A stretch of 64,000 bases of DNA from Acanthaster planci (taxonomy: Eukaryota). Every line of letters begins with the position of its first letter. Position 1 is the stretch's first letter. Below the pieces are notes generated by a model. It worked only from the letters and a program-made list of their open reading frames with translations, ran no database searches and was not told the DNA's origin. Location of the stretch: the NCBI RefSeq assembly GCF_001949145.1, contig NW_019091360.1, positions 2,974,864 through 3,038,863 of the forward strand. The letters are read 5' to 3'. The translations under genes and the position numbers were made by a program. This document shows, piece after piece, positions 1 through 10,900 of the stretch.

Positions 1-2270
1 AGCAGTAAATATGCAATTTTGATTAACAGTAGAGAGAGAGTTTTCCCTTGACCCACTGGGCACATGGAACGACAGTAATTCGTTCTAAGACGCTACTTGC
101 ATCCAGCACGATGGAGAATCATGAACCAGTGAAGATTGAAGAGACTCATAAATTCCTGAAGACATTATTCATAACATTAGGGCGTTTGGGTTATATACAA
201 CTACACTAGACGATGAGTCACGAAACAAATCCACTTTACTATAGAATATTTAGTGTTCATCAACTCATATAGTCCTAATTTGTAAAAGTAGATTGGAATT
301 AAATTTTACAACAGCTATTTTCATCAATACTGCCACACAGACAAACGTGGCAAAAGTGCACGACAAACAAAAAGACGTATGTAGGTTTGGAAAGGGTACC
401 TGTATGGCCTACCATACACTTAGCTGTTTCAAGGGAATTGTTGTTTATATCCAATTTTTTACTCCCAAAAACAAGAACAATGAGACTACCTACAATACTA
501 CCGGTAGACCTTTCATGAACAGCGCATTAACTGGACGGATGGATTTAAAATACTAAATTTGCATGTATTTTATTTGTATTGTTCAAATCGGGGAAAACCC
601 ATCGAACACTCAGTTCAATGATTTTAATATTAAATCGCTCGAAGTACTCTTAAAGGTTGGATTTTCAAGTCATGCTGTAAGCTCGATTCATGTTACGTTT
701 ATCGCTGATGGCATGGTATTTAGTCTACAAAGTTGTTAAATATGACAAAGCTGATTCATTACTCTTTTTTTACTGCCTTGGCATTTTTAACCGTATTAGC
801 GTATTAGTTAAATCTATGGTTCTCATATAAAGAGTCAGGCTATCGGTCTGCGAAAATAGGCGTTTGAAAAAAATTATTTGCTTCCCCCCTTAAATTCTTC
901 ATATTATAATTTTTCTTGACAGGGTTGGCGACATAGCAAACAAGTTTTTTTTCCTCAGCTGGAGTTAAAAATAAGGGTCGGTCAGACATGACTTTCAAAA
1001 CAAGTGGTTCTCGTAACATCATGGTATTATTTGCTCAATAAATGTACGTGATACTCAACTTCTTTTCATTCCTACATTTTATGGAGCATCCTAAACAACA
1101 GTTTAATTTTGAATTTGAAAGTGCAAGCAGTGAAAGATTTTATGTTTTTATTTACTTTTTATTATCAACAACCAGGACAACATGAACGTAGTCAGAATGG
1201 CATGTTGCAAATATGAATAATGACCACTCAAAGCTTCTAAAGACTGCATAAAATCATTCAGTTTTCACTGAGTGATCAGTCATTTAGCCTTTGTCGATGG
1301 CTATTCAGGATTATGCCTTACACACATGCTCTTGTGTACAATATAACAAATGTGGAAATAAATTTCTGTTGAATTAAGTTTGAAAGAAAATGGTTGAAGA
1401 CGATAAACTGTCGCTTCAGGCTAGGATCGAAATGTATTTATCATCCTCAAACTCGCTGCTCGTTTGATGGCTCGGGAACGGTTTTTTCTGTCACCGCATT
1501 AGATGTAATCGTAGTATGACACACCGATAAGGTCCTAAAGGCTTCCAAGAATAACCACCAATTCAACTTACCTATACGCCGCGGTGATCGACTAAGCTCA
1601 CGAATGTATCAACAGCACCTCATACGAGTGGCTTAAGTGCTACCAACAGTACATCCAGTGGGGTGATGTGCTCACAGCATGGCGGTGCACCCTGACGCTT
1701 GGAACTGGTAGAATATTGCTGAAGAAAAAAAAAATCCAACCCAGCTGCGAACATGCGGTAGCAGCACAGACGAGGTTGAAGGAGAGCATCCGTGTACAAT
1801 GCACGCTTGCTTGCATTCATCACCCAGCAGGTACAGGCTCAACATTTACGCTTGAAAAATTAATGACGTTTCAACCGGGGACGATGTCTGCGCTTCAGGG
1901 GGGACAAGGGAATGCCCACAGTTTGGAGGCGAGCGACGCTCGGCATGGATTCTCAGCCTACTTCAAGTGGGGAATCCTGACTCGTGGAGTGCGGTTTTCG
2001 CTCTGTTCACTGCGAAACAACGCGACCGAGGATGCCTGACACAGTGAAGGCAACCAGGCTAGGTATGTTTTTAACACGACGGCACGTGAGCAGCGTTCCA
2101 CTGAGAATAGTCTACTCATACGCCGGGGTGTTCGGGTTTCAAAACGGCCTTGCTTGAACTTGCCCGAATTTGGCGGTTCAAAGACGGTAAGGTAGATCGA
2201 AAACAAAGCACCTGACGTCAAGCCAATTTAAATGTTCACTACCATTGAGTCGGAGTATGGCCTCGCTAAT

Positions 2271-2343
2271 CCGCTTGAGAAGCACCCCCTCATCGGTTGA
2301 AAAGAGCCATGTTGGTCGGGAGTGCTCATTTTGTCATTAGCGA
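2271..2343 (+). repeat. Dispersed repeat family 2, partial copy
   Basis: CCGCTTGAG.AGAAGCACCCCCTCATCGGTTGAAAAGAGCCATGTTGGTCGGGAGTGCTCATTTTG core, shared with five other loci. Confidence 0.7.
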
Positions 2344-3235
2344 TTTGACCCAGACAATTATACCCTCAAAATCATTGCTTGCCCATTGATTTCGGCTTGT
2401 CAATTGGAGGCATTTTCTTCTTGTTTGAAACCGAGATTAGTATAGTATTCCTTTCACAACCAAACAATAATTGGTTGGCCTGCACGATTATGAAACCAAT
2501 CTTTGATAATCATCCTTCTAATTTCCAGCATCATGATTCAAGGCATGCTCACACGAAGCTCCAGTCCACAGCAAGAGTCAAGTGCCGTGGACTGCATGTC
2601 TCGCCCCGAGTAGGCGATATCAACGAACCCCCCCCCCACACCAACCTCTCCCAAACGCGCCAAAGTGGCGGCCTAATAACGTCTAGCAAGAAAACATTAT
2701 GACAGATCTTTGTCAGTACGAGGACGATTTGTACTGAGTCATATCTCTCTTTGGCCAAGATATGTCGGCAGATTTGTCGCGAATCGTGACGTGTGCTTGA
2801 CTGGAGGGGGGCCTAATTGATGGAAAGGAAGCAAAGTAGAATACCTACCGCGCAGTTTTTACTGTGCACTAGCAAACATTAATTGTTATGACCCAGATCT
2901 CTACTTCGAAATTCCTCAAGATATCAAGAAATATCAACTAACTCCAACCTGAAATTTTAACTATCAAGGTCCTTCTACATTAATATAAATATTAAAAAAA
3001 CATGCGACTGTTGGATCACCTAAATACTGTTTAAAAGGCTGGATCTGCACGATTCAATATATAAAATGGAGAAGTGCTAGCCTACGGCGGCAACTTCAAT
3101 CGGCAATTTGTCAACTTCAATCAGTTGTGTCAAGTGCAACTCAACACAATTTCTTAGCATATGAAAGTTAATGTCTGCATGTCATGTAACATGTGCTTCA
3201 CATCGACTTCAGTTCAGAATCCCAGGCTTTCTAAT

Positions 3236-3406
3236 CAGATGAATTTGCAAAGTGCACCTCCAAGAGTTTGCAACACGTTGGCCAATCACAATGTGTGAAA
3301 TCTGTCGACCCAATGCACATTTGGAAAGGGTCGACAGATTCCGTGTGTTGTGATTGGCCAACTCGTCGCAAACTCTTGCAGGCGCACTATAGTGAATCGC
3401 CTGTAT
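3236..3406. mobile_element. Palindromic ~170 bp MITE family 1, copy 1
   Basis: Inverted arms (GTGCGCCTCCAAGAGTTTGCAACGCGTTGGCCAATCACAAT...CTGTCGACCC) around a short TTTGGAAA spacer; four copies in the window. Confidence 0.75.
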
Positions 3407-4186
3407 GAGTGTCTGTCAACTAGGCAGCCTCAATAACAGGGAAGCCTCAATAACTGGGTAGCCTCAATAACTGGGTAGCCTAATTACATTGCTTCAACAT
3501 CCTCATTAAATGTAAATTAAAATTTACATTCTACATGCTACCATGATCAGTACACTTGGATTTAACCAGCATACTTGGATCACTGATGCACCAAGGAAGG
3601 AATGGTATACTCTGATATTTTGTAAAGCGTGCCCTTTTCTCCATAAGTGTGATCTTTACCAGTAGTACTTTGTGAAAAGTGCCCCTTCCCAAAAGGTGCC
3701 CTTTTTCGTCCGAATATTTTGCAACTCGATCGCACGTGAATTCTTTTCTACAAGTGCCCTTTCCCCGTAAAGCGCCCCTTTTCAAGGGTACACTTTTACA
3801 TGGAGCCCTTTACTAACATCACAAAAAACATCAAAAATCAGGTTGACATGTGGGGAGCACTGCCTGTGTAGTCCACTACCTATGTGCTTTGAACAGCGCC
3901 ACCATTAATGGATGGTGTTGAACCCCTCTCCCTGTTGATATTTTGAGGGTTGAATGGCTAGTGACCCAAAAAAAAGCCTTGCCCAGTGCCCCCATGCAAT
4001 GGCCTTGTTATGCCTTTGCACAGTTGCAAAGTTTTGGATTGCACACACTCTAAGTCAGTGCCAAGATGCTTTTGATGTAACAAGACATTTACTTTATAGT
4101 GAATGTCATTGGGAGATGGAATGTCCTGCAGTACCCAGCAAGGGAAGTGATGGTGTTGGGTAAGGAGGTAATTCCAGCACTTAATC

Positions 4187-4362
4187 CTCCTTGAGTAGAA
4201 GTACCCCCTCATCAGTTTGAAAAGAGCGTTGTTGGTCGGGAGCGTTCATTTTGTTGGTAGCGACGCGCATGCAAGTCGTTCGTGAACCAGCAAAGTTCAG
4301 TTCTGACCAAAGGAGCCTAAGTAAATAGCGCCCTCAAGCTCTTGGTCCAGCTTGAGGCCCGT
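4187..4362 (+). repeat. Dispersed repeat family 2
   Basis: Same core plus the 3' part ...GAACCAGC..AGTTCAGTTC.GACCAAA...AGCGCCCTC..TTGGTCCAGCT. Confidence 0.7.
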
Positions 4363-4471
4363 AAGGCAGTTCAGTGATTTCTAACCCGATTACAGTTGAT
4401 GGAAGACAAATCCTGGTGCTGATCCAAGTAGGACTGGACAGATTTTCCAAGAAAAAAAAAATTCAACTTAC

Positions 4472-6093
4472 CTTTACCATGAGGCAGGCTGTTCTGGGAT
4501 TTGATTGCACTATGACAGTCTCTGGTGCCATCTAGTTCAGTAGCTGTCTCCTGAAGGCTGGAGAGGGGGGTGAATATCAACATGTTTAAGTTGGCATAAC
4601 ACCAATAGTTAAGTTACAATGAATCAGTTCAGATGATTGTGAACAAGGTATACATTTTCTATTTTCCTCTTTTCCATACCTTTGGCAACAGACTAAAGGA
4701 AGCATGACACTGAAAACAGTACAGCCTAATTGTAGCACTGACAGAAAGAATTAGATATTTATAACCCACCGTTGAAGGGCATCAGGAAGAGAACTGTCTT
4801 AGATTAACCGCCCTTCCATGCTAAGTGTTTTAAAATTAATAGTGCAACCCAGACTTAATTATTAAGGCTCTATGTAAAAAAGCTGTTTTACTAGATTCCC
4901 TCCATATTGTAAAACTGATTGTTTCCCTAGATTTTCTATTCCTGTCCACCTGTGGGGGGGGGGGCTAGGGTACAAAGTACAATCTTTCTTTCCTACAAGA
5001 ATGGGGAGGAGGGCGGAAGAGGGGCCAAAGGCCACATACACCTAAAAAAGAGACTGAAAAAATATTTTAGGAAAAATGATAAGATCATGGCAATTTGGGA
5101 GATCAGGAACATGCCTTCCCCCAAGAAAAAAAGTTTAGAAGTCTGATAAAATTGTTCGGAGAAATAATGAGAGCATTGCAAGTTTTGGGTCTTATCATTT
5201 TCCCCTTCCAGAATCAAAGCCCAAACATGGAGCCTCACCCCACAGAATGGCCATATTAAAAAGGTTACGTGACAAAATTCCAAATATAAAAAAGATTTTG
5301 GCATCCCAACAAACTCATATTTTTCTATAGAAATGCAGGTGGTGCAGCTCCTAACATGGTGCACTTTTGAGGCAATTCACCTCTTGTGCCTTGCAGGAGT
5401 AAATTTTCTTCAAAAAATTTCACAATAAATTAATTTTATCAAAGTCCCCATATTCTGATTCAAAAATCTCAATTTTACTCACCCAATGAAAGTTTAATTT
5501 GGCTTTATTTTCCATTATTTTTTAAAGTACAAGATGAACTCTTGTTAATGTGCCCAAAATACCAAAATAATTTTCTAACAAACTTGTAGTTAGGTATGTA
5601 AACAGAGGTGATAACAAGTTCTTACATGTTTAGGCCTATATGGCAGTTTCTGACATCTTTTGAAGTGACCCTAAATTCTTTCCCGATTTCCAGACACCAA
5701 CCGTGTTTGAATTTCTGATCAAATTTCATGACACTGACATTGTTCACAAAGGTTCAACAGCATCATCGCAAGTTTCACCACAAATTTATCAGACCTTACC
5801 TGTTCGAGACATTCGAAGCACCACGAGGCCTCCGAGGCACTGTGTAGTCTATGATGGCAAATAACTTTCTGTGTAGCCTACTACTGAGTACTAGTTACCA
5901 CTAGGGCCTACCACTGTACCAGCCAGTCACGCCAATAGGCCTACCAACAACTCACAAATATCTTTGTCATTTTCCGCTGAAATCGCGTGTCTTTGAGTAT
6001 TTGGTGACTTGAGGTTAGGTCTGTCCAGCTTAAGGACTCACATTTTGGTGGATAACGCCCAGCCTCACTGAATTTCCGTGGAACTGCCGCCAT
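4472..6093 (-). CDS. 5' exons of an unidentified spliced gene
   Basis: Exons 6042-6093 (donor gtgagt), 5800-5848 (gtaagg) and 4472-4557 (gtaagt) join in frame as MAAVPRKFSEAGRYPPKYYTVPRRPRGASNVSNSLQETATELDGTRDCHSAIKSQNSLPHGK. No homology recognised. A further exon-like segment lies at 1572-1718. Confidence 0.35.
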
Positions 6094-6240
6094 TTCTGAC
6101 TACGCACGGGAGCTCTGCGCCGCAGACGTTCAGCCGCCATTTTGCCAAATCCCAGCAACAAGCCGCTGAAGACAGCGCACGCGCAGTCCCAGACGTTCGA
6201 AAACTAGTACACCACCTCCTTCGGTTTCGATTAAGATGCA
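6080..6240 (-). promoter_or_regulatory. CpG-rich promoter-like segment with two YY1-type AAAATGGCGGC motifs
   Basis: GCCGCCATTTT occurs at about 6086-6096 and 6133-6143 inside a locally GC/CpG-rich patch, next to a first-exon donor site. Confidence 0.45.
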
Positions 6241-7725
6241 GTTTTCGGATCTACCGGAAGGTTTCCAATTTGAAATGGAACTATCCAAGACAGCCTCTTC
6301 TCCACTTGAATGAAAGGGGACTCTCCACTGAGATTAACAAGAGATTTGTCCAAATTAAGTTTAGCTGTGACATCGTTTAAGTTGTAGATGCGTGTTAACT
6401 AAATAACAGGGGAAACTAGAATGCACGCTATATTTTTTTTATCATTTCACGATATTAAGTGGGGAAATCCACGAAGAACAGACATGGGAGGGGGGCGTAC
6501 AGTTACGCCCACGCCCTAATGGAACAAAAATCTGAATTTCCACACCGCGTCGTTTAGGCCTAAATACACCCAAGTGGTAACGCAATAAAACGTTTTGGTT
6601 CTTAGGTACACGAATAATGAAAGCCAAAAGAGAGAACAAAACCGACGGATAGATCTAAACGTGAAGTGCGTCGAATGAACGCAACAGAATGTTTTATTAA
6701 CAAAATACTTGCTGCACGCCTGGGATCATTTGGGGGAAAGGGGAAAAACAAAGAACATACTAAATCCACATTTACTTTAGAATAACAGTGAAGAAGTTTG
6801 AAATTATGAAAAACATTACTTGCTGCCAACACTACTTTACAACACGGTGCAAAATCATGGAAAACTATAATCATTAACTGGAAATTTCAGAGGTATTTTT
6901 TCTACAAAGTGAAACAAAATAGTGGAAAATGAAACACTGCTATGGCAGGAGGAAACTCCTACTCAGGAAAACATAATGTGACTTGAATATACAATATTAA
7001 ACTCTGTGTACGGAAACTGGTGGGTACGTTAAGGTAATGAATGAGTCCCCAGCTCCATAATAATCAGCAAAGAACTCTTTTCTGTACTTAAAAACAAAAC
7101 ACATTTTGGCGTTTTAACATTTTACGACTACCTTTTCTAAAAGGTGAACTTAAATACTCATCCTTCTCTTTTGTCATTGATTACGTTTAATTATTATGAT
7201 GAATTAAATGGAATGGTACTCTGACACCTGATTACTGGATTAAAGTTAAATCAATCAAAAGCAATGAAATTTGTACTAGTCGACGAGCACCGGAAAAATT
7301 TATTGCCCAAAAGGGGGCGCTATTCACGCAAGGTTGATTGGTTTAGTTGACCTTGAGTAAAAAGGGGTGGGGACTTATCACAGGAAACAAGTTATATACA
7401 CAATGACTTTTCTGCTGCCTTTTTAGCACTTGATGTGTTAATATTCAATAACTGTAGAAGTACATTTGGAAATAATTTTTTCATGTATTAGTACAGAACT
7501 CGATCCTTCCGTTCTCAGTGGCGTTTACACAGAGGGGCAAATTCTCTCTCTTGCGGACATAAGGCTATTTTTAAAAGAAGTGAATGCTCAATTTCTTTAA
7601 AAATGGCCGAGCATCTTCCTTTGGATGAGGAAGGCTTCTTACCGTGAAAACAATTCAATCAGTTCCGAAACAAATCCAATCCGTGCCCCAGATTAAAAAC
7701 CCTGTTGGCTACTGACTACAACCTC

Positions 7726-7731
7726 TTTATT
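7726..7731 (-). promoter_or_regulatory. Candidate polyadenylation signal of copy C
   Basis: AATAAA on the minus strand about 230 nt downstream of the copy C stop codon. Confidence 0.4.
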
Positions 7732-7959
7732 TAGGTAACAGTTTTTTACTTACTGAGTTTATCAAGAGTATATTTGTGATCTAATATTATCCTGTGTACT
7801 ATAATTGTTCTCCTATAGGCAAGAGTTACTAAAGCTAAAAATTACTAAATATTGGAAAGTTTATCATAACAGCCTGATCCTTCGACTATTCATTCTGAAG
7901 ATTTTGAAATTTCGATTTACAAAAATGGTACAACCTCTGCAATCACTTTCATTGGCTAA

Positions 7960-10900
7960 TCAGTCCCCCTTGTCTTTCGGTTCAATGACGTTCTTCTCTG
8001 GGTTGTACTTGACCGACATCCTACAGGGGAGGGAGCTCACGTAAGCTCTAATGATGAAAAATAAGTAAATAAACGAGTGAAAGTTTCAAAAAGTCACAGC
8101 ATACTGAAGCTAGCAAAGGGTGCTAATGTTCCAAGCTTTACACTCATCTTACATACTTCATCTATGAACTGAAGTATAGGTCTTCTTATATCTACTTCCA
8201 TTAATGGCTTGGCAAGATGTGATGTATTCACAGTTACAAGCGATAATTACTTCTAATACAAGTCACAATTTTGGGGAACTTGAGACTTGACTCAGACAAA
8301 AATGACTTGTATAATTTGACTTAAGTTTGACGTGGAAGAAATTGACTTAGTACTTGACCAAATTCGATTTGTTGATATTACCTGAAAGTTTGTCGAAATA
8401 AAATACAAGAAACAAGATACAAAAAAGCAATTCTGTCTGACCTCGTAATACTGATGTCTTATTACAAATATCAGCATATAATGATGAAAAAATAGACAGA
8501 AAAACAAGGCACTTCATCAAAGAATGTCAGAAAGTGCACAAGTACCATTTCAATTGTGACCTCAGACAGGCCTTTAAAAATGACTTTAGAACTTGATTTG
8601 GTAAAGGTGACTTGTGAATTGACTTCGGAAGAACTGACTTTCGTCTTGACTTGGGAGAAATCGATTTCTGACTTAAAGAAAAATGACTCTGTTGCAACGC
8701 AGTAAGCCACAGCCTTATAGGTCATGGTGAATGCTTGACTGTTTTTTTTTCAAATTCCGTGGACGATACATCCACAGTGAACGATGGCATTAAGCATTGC
8801 TTAACCATTAGAAAACTGATTTTCTGTGACCAAATTCATTTCTTCTGCACCCCCGAAGAATGAAGACTTTTTTCTACTGTAGAATATTGACCTGGACTTA
8901 CCGTTAGAGGGCGCCAATGGTCTTTTACAGGAAGTGAGTACAACTGTCATTGAACTGTTTGTCACCAGTATTACGATATCGTATCCCACATTCAAGCTGC
9001 AATAGCATTGTCTACTGACCTAGCCATCTGTTCCGCTTCCTCGATGCTCTCTGAAACGTAGTACACGTCTTGGTACTTGTCCAGATCAATATCCGGCAAA
9101 GACGCTGCAGCCTCAATCTCAAGAGGGCGCTTGACCGCTTTATCCGTGAACACGTGCTGGAGTGGATGGTATAAGATTTCACGTCAGTGTCATTTTCATC
9201 AAGAATTCATATAATTAAAACGACTGCAATTATTCCCACGCCAAAATGACGTAATGAATAAAAGTTTTGGGCGCGTCGGTTGGTAGACCCCGATGGAAAA
9301 TATTTGGCTTCAAACTGCTTCCGCGAAAGGACTGTCACGGATTTGCAGCATGGACTGAATAGTTGAACCGTTGAATTCCAACCTGAATGGACCCTCAACA
9401 GATGGTGCTGTAGCCCGAAGTGGACTAACGGCAAACACTTGAGATTTGAAAATAGTGAATCCCCAACTACTGCAATCTGTCTGCAAGTATAATGGGGGGC
9501 GTTACCTCGAGTTCGTTGGAGCCCGAAAGAAGCAGAGCACCGTAAGCTTTGACCTCTGACCCCTCCCGGCACAAACCTGCCTCAACCGTGCTCATGTATA
9601 CCTGTTCAAGAAGGTGGTTATGTTATAGTTAACGCTTAGTCAGCAGCTTATCAGACGATTGCCCCATGCTAAGAATCCTCTTTGAGCAACCGTGACGTCA
9701 CATTTGGAGAGCCATGGAAGGGTTCTACAGGATGACTTGAGTGCTAGTTCATTTACAATTGGCGGTGAAGCTGAACTACATCAATATAAAGTGAACTGTT
9801 ACATACTATTTGTGACGGTGCTGTGGAGAAAGGAGCCCCAGTAGAAATGTTGCTTTTAAAAGAAATTACTGAACGTGTGACTTACTGATGCGATTTTATC
9901 CAGAATATGGTCTGGAGTACCCAGCGAGGCAAGACCAATGTCCTGGCGGAAGGAAGCAGACACAGGAAATTGAATAAGAAGCACCTTGATTTAATCTCCA
10001 TCGACGTGCTGCTGAAACAACATATGAACTTCACAATAGTCTGTGTTCGAATTCACAAACGAATAATTCGGTAATTAAATTTTTTTGTTTCTGTTATCCT
10101 TTGTTCGAACATGAACCGAATTAACCTTTCTCTTGTCCAATATTAAACCTCGACATCGTTAACTTCCATCCCTCGGAGTTCTTAGTGGTAACTGTAAACA
10201 GTCACGCTCAAACAAGAAGTCGCTCCTATTCTGCGTGCACGTTTGTTTTTACGAACCGCTCTTGTCTTGTTTGACGAATGGCAAATGGCACGGCTAAATT
10301 TAGAGAAAAAATTCTGCACGGCTTCATAAAGCAAATACCATTGATTCCCGGTCAAGGTATAGAATAAACCCCATATGGCACGAATAGTAAACACCTGTAT
10401 GCGTCTTTTTTATTACACACGGAGTTAACAAACAAAGCAGCAAACTGAATAAACAAAGAGGCTTTTTCAACCCAATTAGCATCAAATCTCCCTGAAAAAA
10501 GTCAGAGATACCGGTACCCACAGCGTATCGTGTCACGTGGGCTTCATTTCAATACTTCTCTCGCAACAATCGACCAATTGACAATGTCTCTGTGTAAAAA
10601 CCCATGAAAAAGTATTTACTGAAACCATGATCAAACATATACAATGACATCGAAGAAATATGACCAAATACCACAAATTAACCTGAAGTGGGCAATGTTG
10701 ATGATGATAATTTCTCTTTCCCGCTTTTAATTTCCACAATTCATGGCGATCTAAAGTATTAAAATGTCTGCAGAAAGCTCTGGTAGTTACGGGCAATGAA
10801 AGTTTTGGCATTCGCAATGATTATGTGCATATTGATATCGTTTTTCGAGACGTAACTTTAATGTGATTCTTCAGCCTGGAGTGAAAAATGAAGTGATCGA

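Noticed and set aside
293..4212. Numerous short ORFs in the track here and throughout the introns
   Set aside because: No recognisable domains. Many overlap repeats or are antisense shadows of real exons.
6042..6093. MAAVPRKFSE resembling the CRTC/TORC N-terminus (NPRKFSEKIAL)
   Set aside because: Similarity ends after six residues and the KIALH continuation is absent.
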